64,000 nt of DNA, taken from positions 20,220 to 84,219 of the forward strand of contig DAOUDP010000025.1 in assembly GCA_034431195.1 (NCBI GenBank). The letters run 5' to 3'. The position numbers and the translations under genes are program-made. The stretch is from Dehalococcoidia bacterium. GTDB taxonomy: Bacteria > Chloroflexota > Dehalococcoidia > GIF9 > AB-539-J10. Below, piece after piece: positions 47,949 to 58,034 of the stretch (position 1 is the stretch's first letter; every line of letters begins with the position of its first letter). The notes beneath the pieces are model-generated. The model made no database searches, had not been told where the DNA came from, and saw nothing but the letters and a program-made list of their open reading frames with translations.

Positions 47949-49123
47949 GGCGAAAGACTGTTGCTACACAAGCTGAGCAAGAACGTGTATTTTTAGTTCG
48001 GGTCGAAAGCAGAGCCTCTAGTGATGGTTGGTCTGCAGTTGATTCATTAGAAGAACTATCCTATTTGGCCAAGACGGCTAATGCTGCTGTGGTGGGCAAG
48101 CTCATTCAAAAGCTAGGTAGGCCTTCGCCAGCTCACTATATCGGCAAGGGCAAGATTGACGAGCTATGCAATCTTAAGGAACAAATTCAGTATGATACAG
48201 TGATTTTTGATGACGACTTATCCCCACGACAGCAGAGAAATCTTGAGGAGGTTCTCGAGGTTAAGATTATTGACCGCACTGCACTCATCTTAGATATATT
48301 TGCCAAACATGCTCAGACTCGGGAAGGACAGCTTCAAGTTGAGTTAGCTCAGCATCAATATCTGTTGCCGCGGCTTGTTGGTCAGTGGAGTCACCTGGAG
48401 CGACTTGGTGGTGGAATTGGTACCAGGGGACCAGGTGAATCGCAGTTGGAGACTGACCGCCGTCTTATCCACAAGCGTATTAACCGTCTTGAACGCGAGA
48501 TAGAGGAAATAAGGCGACATCGAGACCTTTATCGAAAGCGTCGTAGGACGAGGGGTATGCCTGTAGTAGCTCTTGTAGGATATACCAATGCAGGCAAAAG
48601 CACTTTATTCAATACTTTAAGCAAAGCAAGCATGGTGGTGAAAGAGGACCTCTTTTCTACTTTAGACCCGGTAACTCGTCGTTTGACCCTGCCTGATGGG
48701 CAGCGGTTTCTAATTACGGATACTGTTGGCTTTATTCATAAATTGCCAACCTTGTTAATCGCTGCATTTCGTGCCACCCTTGAGGAGCTTAGTGAAGCTA
48801 ACCTGCTTGTTCATATAGTTGACATAATGCATAAGAATGCTTCTTATCAATGCCTCGCGGTGGAGAAAATATTAGAAGAACTAAACCTTAATGATAAGCC
48901 AAGGGTCACAGTGTTTAACAAGCTGGATTTGGCCCTGGGCAGTGAGGAAGAACTGGAATGTCTGACCACGGTTCCTTTCCTTGAAGGACAAAGTGGGCTA
49001 TCAAGCGAGAATAGTGTCCCCATCTCCGCTGCTAAAGGCTGGGGCATAAACAAGCTCTTGGAGAAAATAAGTTGCTATTTGGGCAATACCTTGCGGCAAG
49101 GTATGATGGCAAAAACCAGATGA
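47945..49123 (+). CDS. hflX: GTPase HflX (probable ATA start at 47945; ORF-track start 48065)
   Basis: ERVFLV..SLEEL..LAKTA N-terminus, GKGK, DRTALILDIF, GTRGPGE, GYTNAGKS, DTVG, NKLD. Confidence 0.95.
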   Translation: MRRKTVATQAEQERVFLVRVESRASSDGWSAVDSLEELSYLAKTANAAVVGKLIQKLGRPSPAHYIGKGKIDELCNLKEQIQYDTVIFDDDLSPRQQRNLEEVLEVKIIDRTALILDIFAKHAQTREGQLQVELAQHQYLLPRLVGQWSHLERLGGGIGTRGPGESQLETDRRLIHKRINRLEREIEEIRRHRDLYRKRRRTRGMPVVALVGYTNAGKSTLFNTLSKASMVVKEDLFSTLDPVTRRLTLPDGQRFLITDTVGFIHKLPTLLIAAFRATLEELSEANLLVHIVDIMHKNASYQCLAVEKILEELNLNDKPRVTVFNKLDLALGSEEELECLTTVPFLEGQSGLSSENSVPISAAKGWGINKLLEKISCYLGNTLRQGMMAKTR

Positions 49124-49267
49124 GCGACGCCTTTTGGTATCCCTTCGATGAATGGAGGGATATTTCAACCCTCGTGAGTTCATGAATGAGTTCATCCCTT
49201 GTAATTTCATGGTACAGTATATATAGTTACTGCTATCAATCAGAGAAGTGCTGCAAAAAACTGAAAC

Positions 49268-51193
49268 ATGGAACAAAGCGAAATGGCTGTTAATGAATTA
49301 GGGGAAGAAGAGAGGCTAGAGAGAGACAGCTTTACTAGTTACCGTCGGAGCTACCACTTTGCTAGGGAAAGCTCCAGCAACACCTGGGGAGCCAGACTGG
49401 AAAGGATAGTTCAGGTTATCCCCGACAAATTAGCCTTTGTTCAAGGCGATAGAAGGCTTACCTGGAAGCAATTTAATGAGCGGGTAAACAAATTAGCTAA
49501 CGGGCTGTTTAACTTGGGGATTAAGAAAGGAGAGCGAGTAGGTATTGCTGGGTTCAACTCCATAGAGTGGGTGGAGTCCTACTTTGCCATATCCAGGATT
49601 GGTGCTGTTCCGTTCAACTTAAACCCCCGGACTACCCTTGATGAGATAGCATACATAATTAAGGATGCCGATGCGGTGGCGATGATAGTGGAAGATGAGT
49701 ATGCCCGCGTTATAGAAAGGGTAATTGAAGGAATAGCCTCGTTAAGGTATTTCATAGTTTATGGCACGGCTAGGTCGCCACAGTATGTGCCCCGTGGGGC
49801 ACTTGACTATGACGTCTTGATGGCAAAGTATCGGGCTAGAAAGCCAAAGCTAGGTTATAGGGTGACGAACGAGGACTTTTGCTATCTAATGTACACTAGT
49901 GAAAAGACTGGATATCCCAAAGGAGTGGTGTGGGATAGTGAACAAAGGGTGAAGGGTGTTGAGCAACTTATTTACAATGTTTTGTTACCCCCATTTGACA
50001 GGTATGGTGATGAGAAAATTTTTGAGTTTCTGTTTAATTTATATCCTCTACTAGGACTTAGAACATTATCCCGTTTGAGCCGTCGTTTTGGCTTTATTCG
50101 TGTGGCGGTAATCAGGTTCTTTAGGATGACATGGGGAAAAGGTTTGATGGCCGACATAGGCAGGCGTCTCAAGAAGGAGGGGGTCAAGTATGTTCCAGTC
50201 TGCCCTTTGTTCCACGCAAGTGCCTATATGCAGACTTTTGGTATGGTTGCTGCAATTGGAGCTACTACAGTCTTCCTTCCCACTCCCTATCCGTTCAATG
50301 CCAGGGAACTTTTGGAAACAATAGAGAGGGAGAAGGTGGATGGCGTCATGATAAATGGAGATGCCTTCGCTCTGCCAATCCTGGATGAATTGAAGAAGGC
50401 GAAGGAGGAGGGTAGAACATATGACCTCTCATCGTGCCGAAGTATAGCATCTTCGGGAGTAAGGTGGTCACCTCGCACTAAAAAGGAACTTTGTAAATTC
50501 TTGCCTCAGGTCGTAGTAATGGATGCATATGGGTGCACAGAGTTTAGCGTTGGTTATGGGTCGGCTGCTGTCCTGGAGGATAAAGAGCTGCCCTGTGCTG
50601 GAGCTACGCTTCCTGCTAGAGGCGGAGTATACTCCCTACAAGTCCCTTTCAAGGTTATCAATCGTGAAACAGGGCAGGAGGTTACGCCCGGAACAGGAGA
50701 GGTGGGAGAATTTGCTGCTGCGGGATATGTGTCTCTAGGATACTGGAAGCGTCCTGCTGACACTAAGAAGGCTTTCAGGGTCATAGATGGCCGAAGGTGT
50801 TTCTTTACTGGAGACGATGGTTATATTGATGAGAGATTGCGGTTCTGTCTTGTAGGAAGAGGAGGCAAGGAATGCATAGATACAGGGGAGGAAAAGGTCT
50901 ATAGCGAGGAGATAGAGGAGTTCATCAAGTCTCATCCTAAAGTGAGGGATGCTGCTGTTATGGGGGTTCCTGATAGAGAGCTGGGCCAGGTGTTAGCTGC
51001 TGTTATTGAGGTGGATGAAGGGGAGGAATTAAGCGAGCGTGATGTAGTGGAGTACTGTAGCCAAGGCCTTCCGGCGCATAAAATACCAAAGCATGTAATG
51101 TTGGTAGTGTCTCTTCCCAGGGAGGCAACTGGCAAGGTGGAGAAGAGGGTGCTAAAGGAATTTGTTGAGTCTAGACTGGGAGGGGAAGCGTAA
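49268..51193 (+). CDS. AMP-dependent acyl-CoA synthetase-like protein 1 (divergent)
   Basis: YTSEKTGYPKG, PLFH, YGCTE, TGD, GR, TGKVEK; long insert after the A3 motif. Confidence 0.85.
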   Translation: MEQSEMAVNELGEEERLERDSFTSYRRSYHFARESSSNTWGARLERIVQVIPDKLAFVQGDRRLTWKQFNERVNKLANGLFNLGIKKGERVGIAGFNSIEWVESYFAISRIGAVPFNLNPRTTLDEIAYIIKDADAVAMIVEDEYARVIERVIEGIASLRYFIVYGTARSPQYVPRGALDYDVLMAKYRARKPKLGYRVTNEDFCYLMYTSEKTGYPKGVVWDSEQRVKGVEQLIYNVLLPPFDRYGDEKIFEFLFNLYPLLGLRTLSRLSRRFGFIRVAVIRFFRMTWGKGLMADIGRRLKKEGVKYVPVCPLFHASAYMQTFGMVAAIGATTVFLPTPYPFNARELLETIEREKVDGVMINGDAFALPILDELKKAKEEGRTYDLSSCRSIASSGVRWSPRTKKELCKFLPQVVVMDAYGCTEFSVGYGSAAVLEDKELPCAGATLPARGGVYSLQVPFKVINRETGQEVTPGTGEVGEFAAAGYVSLGYWKRPADTKKAFRVIDGRRCFFTGDDGYIDERLRFCLVGRGGKECIDTGEEKVYSEEIEEFIKSHPKVRDAAVMGVPDRELGQVLAAVIEVDEGEELSERDVVEYCSQGLPAHKIPKHVMLVVSLPREATGKVEKRVLKEFVESRLGGEA

Positions 51194-51382
51194 TAACTAT
51201 CTTGAGCATGAAGTAGACGAGGTAGGGTGGTGGGGCGAGCCTTATTGTGACATTCGCGGTAGAAGGACATACGCATTGTCTAAGCCTGCTTGACTATTCC
51301 AGTGCCGAGAAAGCAGTTTGCCTATTTCTCGTGAATAATGCTTTGCTGATCTCAAGGTAATCCCCACTTTGCTGATGTCCTC

Positions 51383-51391
51383 TGGTATAAT
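51383..51391 (+). promoter_or_regulatory. Possible extended -10 promoter for ligase 2
   Basis: TG-G-TATAAT about 90 nt upstream of the GTG start. Confidence 0.35.
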
Positions 51392-51479
51392 ATTTGAGAG
51401 ATTGTGTAACGTGATGCGATGGTCAGGTAGAGGGATATTGTGGATTTGGAGAAACCTGAAAAGGTTTAGAAAACGGTGA

Positions 51480-53408
51480 GTGGGAAGGAAAGTGTCTGCC
51501 AGCGAATTGAGAACTGGGTTAGAGAGGTTGGAGAGGGATAGCTTTTCCAATTACCGCCAACACTATCGGCATGGAACAAAATCTAACAACACTTTGGGAA
51601 GTAGGCTGGAGAAGCTGGCAAGGATTATTCCCCATGGGATTGCTTTTATTCAGCGAAATAGAAGGGTTACTTGGGAGGAATTTGACCGGCAGGTAAATAG
51701 ATTAGCTAACGGCCTACTGGACTTAGGGATTAACAAGGGGGAGCGGGTAGGTATCGTTGGGTTCAACTCCATAGAATGGATGGTAGCCAACTTTGCTGTA
51801 GCTAAGGTCGGGGCGGTTTCCTTTTTCTTAGACCCCAGATTGACCCTTGGCGAGATAGCGTATGTAATTAAAGATGCCGATGCGGTAGCAGTGATAGCGG
51901 AGGGTCTGTATGCCTCTACTATAGCAAGGGTGACCGAAGGGATGGTCTCCCTGAGGTATCTGATCGTTTATGATGTAGGTAGGGTGCCACAGCTTGTTCC
52001 CCCCGGGGCAATTATCTATGATGACTTGATGACAAGGCACCCGGCTACAAAGCCAAGGCTGAGTTATGAGGTGACCAATGAAGATTTTGCCCATCTGGAA
52101 TATAGCTTGGGAAGTGGAGGTTACTATGTCGGGGCAGTGTGGGATTATCAGCGGCTGACAAAGAGCTTAATGATGATGCTCTTGAGCGATTATCTACCGA
52201 TAGTGGATAGGGAGCAAGAGGGAGCCGCTATTGATTTACATGGTGCCATGTTTGCGCTGCCTGGGCTCAGAGGTTTACTGCGTTCAGGGCGTGGCATTTT
52301 TGGCTCGGCGCTTTGGAAGAAATTTTACCTCAAACATATCGGAATATTAATGGGCACTACATTTCGTATTAAGTTGGCTAGGCGTTTTGGGAAGGAAGGG
52401 TATAAGGTTCTCCCTGTTTGCCCTTTATTCTTTGAGGCGTGTTATAACCCAACTTTGGGCAGTATCTTGGTGGATGGTAGCTGCACTGTTTTCCTTCCCA
52501 CTCCGTCTCTCTTTGATGTGCAAGAGTTTTGTAGAATAGTGGAGAAGGAAAAGGTAAACATGGCTGTGATAGCAGGTGATGTTTTTGCTATACCCGTCGT
52601 GGAGGAATTAAGGCGGATGGAGAAGGAAGGAAGAAGATATGACCTTTCTTCACTAGGAATTATGCTCTCCACCAGGGTGACATGGACGCCTCATCTCAAG
52701 AAGGAGCTTCTGGAGTTGATCCCCTCTATGATAATAGTGGATGGCTACGGAGCTCGAGGTTCTGGCGTTGCCTATGTTTGCATTAACTCTTCCGTGGATG
52801 AGGAGATGACTCCCATTCAAATCAAAGTTGATAGAGAAGGGGTATACGCTTTTCAAGCTCCGTGCAAAGTTATCAATCCTGAAACCGGTGAGGAGGTTAA
52901 ACCCGGCTCAGGAGTGACGGGAGAGTTTCTCACCAATGGTCATAGTGCTTTGGGATTTTGGAAGAACCCTGAGGAAACAAAGCGGGCTTTCAGGATAGTG
53001 GAGGAGCACAAATATTTCTGTGCTGGGGACCTGGGTTATGTTGATGAGGGAGGATGGTTTCATCTGACAGGTAGAAAGGGTGTGGACATTATTGAAAGTG
53101 GTGGGAAGGAAGTTTATGCTGTTGAGGCAGAGGCGGTGATAAGGGCTCATCCTAAGGTCAGGGATGTTGGAATTGTTGCGCTTCCTGATGAAGAATTGGG
53201 CGAGGCAATAGCTGCTTGCATCCAGACACAAGAAGGTGAGGAACTAAGCAAGGAAGAGCTAATCGAGTATTGCAGCCAAAGGCTTGCGAATTACAAAGTA
53301 CCAAAGCATATACTATTTGTGGAGTCTATTCCTCGAGCATCATCCGGTAAGATAGAGAAAAGGATGCTAACGGAATTTGCGCAAGCTAGGATAGGTAAAC
53401 AAACTTAA
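51480..53408 (+). CDS. AMP-dependent acyl-CoA synthetase-like protein 2 (degenerate adenylation motifs)
   Basis: Collinear with the upstream paralog; A3 = YSLGSGGYYVG, PLFF, YGARG, AGDLG, SGKIEK. Confidence 0.82.
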   Translation: MGRKVSASELRTGLERLERDSFSNYRQHYRHGTKSNNTLGSRLEKLARIIPHGIAFIQRNRRVTWEEFDRQVNRLANGLLDLGINKGERVGIVGFNSIEWMVANFAVAKVGAVSFFLDPRLTLGEIAYVIKDADAVAVIAEGLYASTIARVTEGMVSLRYLIVYDVGRVPQLVPPGAIIYDDLMTRHPATKPRLSYEVTNEDFAHLEYSLGSGGYYVGAVWDYQRLTKSLMMMLLSDYLPIVDREQEGAAIDLHGAMFALPGLRGLLRSGRGIFGSALWKKFYLKHIGILMGTTFRIKLARRFGKEGYKVLPVCPLFFEACYNPTLGSILVDGSCTVFLPTPSLFDVQEFCRIVEKEKVNMAVIAGDVFAIPVVEELRRMEKEGRRYDLSSLGIMLSTRVTWTPHLKKELLELIPSMIIVDGYGARGSGVAYVCINSSVDEEMTPIQIKVDREGVYAFQAPCKVINPETGEEVKPGSGVTGEFLTNGHSALGFWKNPEETKRAFRIVEEHKYFCAGDLGYVDEGGWFHLTGRKGVDIIESGGKEVYAVEAEAVIRAHPKVRDVGIVALPDEELGEAIAACIQTQEGEELSKEELIEYCSQRLANYKVPKHILFVESIPRASSGKIEKRMLTEFAQARIGKQT

Positions 53409-53419
53409 AAGCGGGGAAT

Positions 53420-53575
53420 TCACCGAACCGGGTAAGTATCCTTTCGTCTCGATAATACCTTTCGAGGGGATATCCTTCGGGGATGCCGATAGCGTTGGGT
53501 GGCATCATAAGTTGCTTTAAGTGCCGTGGCACTCCAAAATGCTTTAACTAATGAGGATATCCATCGTGCTTTGTT
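53420..53575 (-). pseudogene. Decayed C-terminal fragment of an acyl-CoA dehydrogenase
   Basis: KARWISSLVKAFWSATALKATYDATQ [frameshift] GIPEGYPLERYYRDERIL aligns with DARRLSSMAKVY..SAVKVTYHAIQ..LPLERYFRDARM of 59751-60959. Confidence 0.7.
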
Positions 53576-53592
53576 GAGTTTTTATGCTGGTT

Positions 53593-53955
53593 TTATAGCG
53601 TTATAGCGTTTTCAATAAGCTCAATACGTTTGGTTTTTCCTTTGTCGTCGATTTCTACTGCTACGACATCGATACGCCATAAAGTTGGTAGACCATGATG
53701 AGTGTTAATATAGTGTAGAGATGAAGAAATGAGTCTTTTCTTCTTGCTCTCTGTTATTGATTCTTCAGGAGTGCCGAAATCTAAATTGCTTTTTGTGCGT
53801 ACTTCTATAAAGACAAGGTAATCCCGTCTCCTTGCCACGATATCGATTTCCCCTGCCTGACAACGAAAATTCGCCTCATAAATGTGATAACCTCTTTTCT
53901 TAAGAAATTTTTGAGCCAATTTTTCGCCTAGCTTGCCAATGTCCTTGCGGTTCAT
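53593..53955 (-). CDS. yraN: YraN family (UPF0102) endonuclease-like protein
   Basis: G..GE..A..FL.K.GY, GEIDIVA, FIEVRTK, GTPEESIT..K, RIDVVAV. Confidence 0.9.
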   Translation of the reverse strand: MNRKDIGKLGEKLAQKFLKKRGYHIYEANFRCQAGEIDIVARRRDYLVFIEVRTKSNLDFGTPEESITESKKKRLISSSLHYINTHHGLPTLWRIDVVAVEIDDKGKTKRIELIENAITL

Positions 53956-53968
53956 GCTCATTTCGACT

Positions 53969-55060
53969 CTAGTTAAGTTGGTTCGTTGAGACATGTTTTA
54001 CCTTTTCTCTAATGGGGGATATTGGTGAAAAGTTTTCGATAACGCCACCGCCTATTATCTCACCACCGTTGTAGAAGACGATAGCCTGTCCGGGGGTAAC
54101 TGCTCGCTGTGGCTGTGGGAACCAGACATTAATATTCTCTCCCTTTGGGGATATAGTGACTGGCGTCTCTAATGAGCGGTAGCGTATCTTGGCGGTGATG
54201 TTGTTGAGTTTGGCAGGTGGTGTGGCGGTTATCCAATGTGCTTCTTTAACGACGGCTTGTTGGCTGTAAAGCTCTTCTTCGGTGCCAAGCACGACGCGAT
54301 TATTATCCGATTCTATTCTTATTACGTAGAATGGCTTTTCTGAAGCTGTTCCCAGACCATGCCTTTGTCCAATGGTGTAAAAGGCTACTCCGCGGTGACG
54401 TCCTAGTATTTCTCCGGTAGAGTGTACAATGTCACCTGGTTTCGTTGCGAAGCGTTGGGTAAGGAAAGTGCGATAATTAGTATCGGAAATAAAGCAAAGA
54501 TCTTGGCTTGGCTTAGATGATACCGGTAATTCCTTCTCTCTTGCTAACTTTTTGACTTCTAATTTACTATATTTGCCCAGGGGGAAAAGGAGGTATTTAA
54601 GCTTTTCTTGAGTCAAATTGTAAAGGAAGTAAGATTGGTCTTTACTCTCATCGTTGGCTTTCAGTAGATGGTAACTATTTCCGGAGTACTCAATGCTGGC
54701 ATAATGTCCAGTGGCTAGATAATCAGCACCTAGGAAGAGCGCTTTGCTAAGTAGAAAGCCGAACTTTATGTGTTTATTGCAGGCGATGCACGGATTCGGA
54801 GTTCGGCCGCTTTCATATTCCTGGCAAAAGTAGTTAATCACATAATGCTCAAATTCCCGATGCACGTCAATCACGGAAAAGGGAATATTCAACACACGGC
54901 ATATCTGCTCAGCATGACGTTCTTGATATGTGCAGTGCGGAGTGTTCCACAGTTGCATGTGTACTCCGCTGACCTCGTAACCGGCTTCCTTAAGTAATAG
55001 GGCAGTTACTGAGGAATCCAGTCCTCCACTCAGTGCTACAGTTACTCGCTCTTTGCCCAT
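53969..55060 (-). CDS. mnmA: tRNA 2-thiouridylase
   Basis: ALSGGLDSS, GRTPNPCIACN..IKFG, ATGHYA, KDQSYFL, SQDLCF, TIGQRHGLG, TPGQAIVFY. Confidence 0.97.
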   Translation of the reverse strand: MGKERVTVALSGGLDSSVTALLLKEAGYEVSGVHMQLWNTPHCTYQERHAEQICRVLNIPFSVIDVHREFEHYVINYFCQEYESGRTPNPCIACNKHIKFGFLLSKALFLGADYLATGHYASIEYSGNSYHLLKANDESKDQSYFLYNLTQEKLKYLLFPLGKYSKLEVKKLAREKELPVSSKPSQDLCFISDTNYRTFLTQRFATKPGDIVHSTGEILGRHRGVAFYTIGQRHGLGTASEKPFYVIRIESDNNRVVLGTEEELYSQQAVVKEAHWITATPPAKLNNITAKIRYRSLETPVTISPKGENINVWFPQPQRAVTPGQAIVFYNGGEIIGGGVIENFSPISPIREKVKHVSTNQLN

Positions 55061-55063
55061 GGC

Positions 55064-55687
55064 TTACAGGTATCCCTTTTCCGCTAGCAAGTGGTTGACC
55101 TTTCCCCAAATGATTTCGGAGATTTTCTTCTTGGGTAGTGTCGCATCTACTACCAACCAGCGGTCAGGCTCTTCTGCTGCCATTTTAAGATAGCCTTGTC
55201 TCACTTGGCGATGGAATGACAGTTCCTGTAGCTCAAACCGGTCCAATAGCTTTCCTCTTCGCACCAGTCCTTGCTCCGGCGATAAATCCAAGAATATAAC
55301 GATGTTAGGCTTCACATTTTGTGTTGCTAAGTTGTTGACCATTTGCACGGTAGCCAGATCGAGCTCCCGTCCATATCCTTGATAAGCGGTAGTGGAATGG
55401 CTAAAACGGTCACAAATAACTATTTCCCCTTCCTTTAAGGCAGGCTGGATTACGTCAGCAACCAATTGAGCGCGAGAAGCAGCAAAAAGGAGTAATTCAG
55501 TTTGTGGGTGAATATTTTCTGTCTTCCGTTTTAGCATTTTCCCAATTTGCTCGCCCAGAGTTGTTCCTCCAGGCTCGTGTATCAGCACTGCAGGAAGATT
55601 TTTCCGCCGTAGCTTCCGGTATAAAGCATTAGCCTGGGTGCTTTTGCCACACCCCTCGCCCCCTTCAAAGGTAATAAATAAGCTCAA
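55064..55687 (-). CDS. tmk: Thymidylate kinase
   Basis: FITFEGGEGCGKSTQ, EPGGT, CDRF..ST.AYQG. Confidence 0.97.
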   Translation of the reverse strand: MSLFITFEGGEGCGKSTQANALYRKLRRKNLPAVLIHEPGGTTLGEQIGKMLKRKTENIHPQTELLLFAASRAQLVADVIQPALKEGEIVICDRFSHSTTAYQGYGRELDLATVQMVNNLATQNVKPNIVIFLDLSPEQGLVRRGKLLDRFELQELSFHRQVRQGYLKMAAEEPDRWLVVDATLPKKKISEIIWGKVNHLLAEKGYL

Positions 55688-55717
55688 TGGATTACTTTAG
55701 CTCCTTTATTTGTGATG

Positions 55718-57112
55718 TTACTTAATACTTTGGTTATTGGGGTCAAGATTTTGGCTTTTAGTTGATAGGTATTGTACATGCTGGATATAAGGAGATGGGG
55801 AATCAGCGGGATACACCGTATCCAAGCATTGTCTCATATGGTTAGCATTATTGCTCTTGAGGACATAGATTGGTATACCGACTGCTTCAGCATCTCTTAT
55901 TTTTTGCGGTTTTCGGCTGTAGTAGCTTTTGATAGTCAAGAAAAGATCAGCTTGTTTAAAGTCAGTAACTATTTTTACCTTTCTTCGTTTTTCTTCAGCG
56001 ACTTGTTTCAATCGAGAACGATTAGCGCCAAAGAGGTAAAGGCGCAGTAATTGTTCGTCACGCTCTTTGGGCATACTTTTTGGTGCTAACGGTATAGCCG
56101 TGTTTCCCTTATTTACATTTCCTTGTTCATCTATCCAGCGAAATTCTGTCTCAGTTGGCTGTTGATGTAAGACAGCATCCACAGCCTCGCTAACGCTCGG
56201 GTGAACAGACACTCTATAGTAGTCAACGATTTCAACTAGCACATCGAAAGTAGGCGGTGCTTTACGTTCCAGGATGGATTTTTGGGTGCGACGCCGTCTT
56301 GCTTCCTCATCTCCGAGGGTGACTGTCTGTATTCCGCCAATAAGGTCGGACAAAGTGGGATTCATTATTAGATTCTCCAGCGTATTTCCGTGTGCTGTGC
56401 CTATCAGTTGCACTCCACGCTCAGCGATAGTTCGAGCCGCCTGAGCCTCAAGCTCAGTGCCTATTTCATCAATAATAATGACTTCCGGCATGTGATTCTC
56501 CACTGCTTCGATCATCACTGCGTGTTGTTTGGCGGGAGTAGCTACCTGCATTCGCCTGGCATGTCCAATAGCAGGGTGAGGAATATCACCATCTCCGGCA
56601 ATCTCGTTGGAGGTGTCAATCACTATAACACGTTTTTTGAGGTCATCAGCTAACACTCGGGCTACTTCTCTTAGCATGGTAGTTTTGCCTATACCAGGCT
56701 TCCCAAGGAGTAAAACATTTTTCCCTGACTCAGCGAAGTCCTGCATCAATTTTGCGGTGCCAAATACAGCTCTGCCTACACGGCAGGTTAACCCGATTAT
56801 ATAGCCGTTTCTGTTTCGTATTGCTGAAATGCGATGAAGGGTGCGTTCAATTCCAGCTCTATTGTCCCCGGTGAACTCGCCAACCCGAGACACCACGTAG
56901 TCAAGATCATCGTGGCTAACTTCCTTGGAATTAATAATTAGTTCCCGGTGGGGGAAGCGAGCTTCGGGAAGACGCCCTAGGTCTAGCACTACTTCTATTA
57001 GCTCGCTGCGGTCGTCTTGCTGATAAACTGTCTCGCGAATATGGGGTGGCAAAATATCAAGCAGGGCGTCTAAGTCGTCAGTGATTTCTCTTCGCAAATG
57101 CCTTTCTACCAA
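55718..57112 (-). CDS. SpoIIIAA/Ycf45-like AAA ATPase (R3H-family protein with reduced C-terminus)
   Basis: [59 protein letters not shown]. Confidence 0.88.
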   Translation of the reverse strand: MVERHLRREITDDLDALLDILPPHIRETVYQQDDRSELIEVVLDLGRLPEARFPHRELIINSKEVSHDDLDYVVSRVGEFTGDNRAGIERTLHRISAIRNRNGYIIGLTCRVGRAVFGTAKLMQDFAESGKNVLLLGKPGIGKTTMLREVARVLADDLKKRVIVIDTSNEIAGDGDIPHPAIGHARRMQVATPAKQHAVMIEAVENHMPEVIIIDEIGTELEAQAARTIAERGVQLIGTAHGNTLENLIMNPTLSDLIGGIQTVTLGDEEARRRRTQKSILERKAPPTFDVLVEIVDYYRVSVHPSVSEAVDAVLHQQPTETEFRWIDEQGNVNKGNTAIPLAPKSMPKERDEQLLRLYLFGANRSRLKQVAEEKRRKVKIVTDFKQADLFLTIKSYYSRKPQKIRDAEAVGIPIYVLKSNNANHMRQCLDTVYPADSPSPYIQHVQYLSTKSQNLDPNNQSIK

Positions 57113-57987
57113 CCTCTAGTAGCTAATAGTTCCTGTGGCGAGATAGTCTTTATGTCCAGCCCGGGCATAGCAATTCCCAATCCTTTGGATACCTCGGCGA
57201 TAACTGACGAGTCTCGGTAATGAGTGGTTGCTTTGACTATAGCTCTTGCCATAGCTGGTGGATCACTTGACTTAAAAATACCTGAGCCAACAAACACCCC
57301 TTCGGCTCCAAGCTGCATCATCAAAGCAGCATCGGCTGGTGTGGCTACTCCTCCAGCAGCAAAGTTCACCACGGGCAACTTTCCTGTATTATGCACTTCC
57401 AGCACTAATTCTAACGGTGCGCCTAAAGCCTTCGCTTCAGCTACCAGCTCTTCCTCAGGTAGGGACTTAAGTCTGTGGATTCCATCCTGAACTGCCCGCA
57501 TGTGTCTTACCGCTTCAACAATATTTCCTGTCCCTGCTTCACCTTTGGTTCTAATCATGGCCGCTCCCTCAGCAATACGACGCAATGCTTCGCCAAGGTC
57601 ACGACAGCCACAAACGAAAGGAACCTTAAAATCGTGTTTCCAGACATGGTGGCTCTCATCAGCGGGAGTGAGCACCTCGGATTCATCAACAAAGTCAATA
57701 TCCAACGCCTCGAGCACTTGAGCTTCAACAAAGTGTCCAATACGGCATTTAGCCATTACTGGAATGCTTACTAATTCCTTTATGGCTAAAATTATTGTTG
57801 GGTCGGCCATGCGAGCTACACCGCCGGTGGCACGAATATCTGCGGGCACTCGCTCCAACGCCATAACAGCGCAAGCGCCAGCATCCTCAGCAACTTTGGC
57901 TTGCTCCGGCGTGACCACATCCATAATCACCCCACCTTTTAGCATCTGAGTTAAGCCAGTTTTGACTTTCCAGCTACTTTTCTCCAT
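57106..57987 (-). CDS. pdxS: Pyridoxal 5'-phosphate synthase lyase subunit
   Basis: [54 protein letters not shown]. Confidence 0.98.
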   Translation of the reverse strand: MEKSSWKVKTGLTQMLKGGVIMDVVTPEQAKVAEDAGACAVMALERVPADIRATGGVARMADPTIILAIKELVSIPVMAKCRIGHFVEAQVLEALDIDFVDESEVLTPADESHHVWKHDFKVPFVCGCRDLGEALRRIAEGAAMIRTKGEAGTGNIVEAVRHMRAVQDGIHRLKSLPEEELVAEAKALGAPLELVLEVHNTGKLPVVNFAAGGVATPADAALMMQLGAEGVFVGSGIFKSSDPPAMARAIVKATTHYRDSSVIAEVSKGLGIAMPGLDIKTISPQELLATRGW

Positions 57988-58034
57988 ATCTAATCAAATT
58001 ATAAGCGACCACGAAGGAAAAATCAAAAAATAGA

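Noticed and set aside
51242-51550. 102-aa antisense ORF between the ligases
   Set aside because: Overlaps the ligase 2 start and promoter region; no motifs
53969-54040. mnmA tail (ENFSPI) as a remnant of bacterial rnhB (HRKSFAPV)
   Set aside because: Needs two indels over about 20 nt; not supportable
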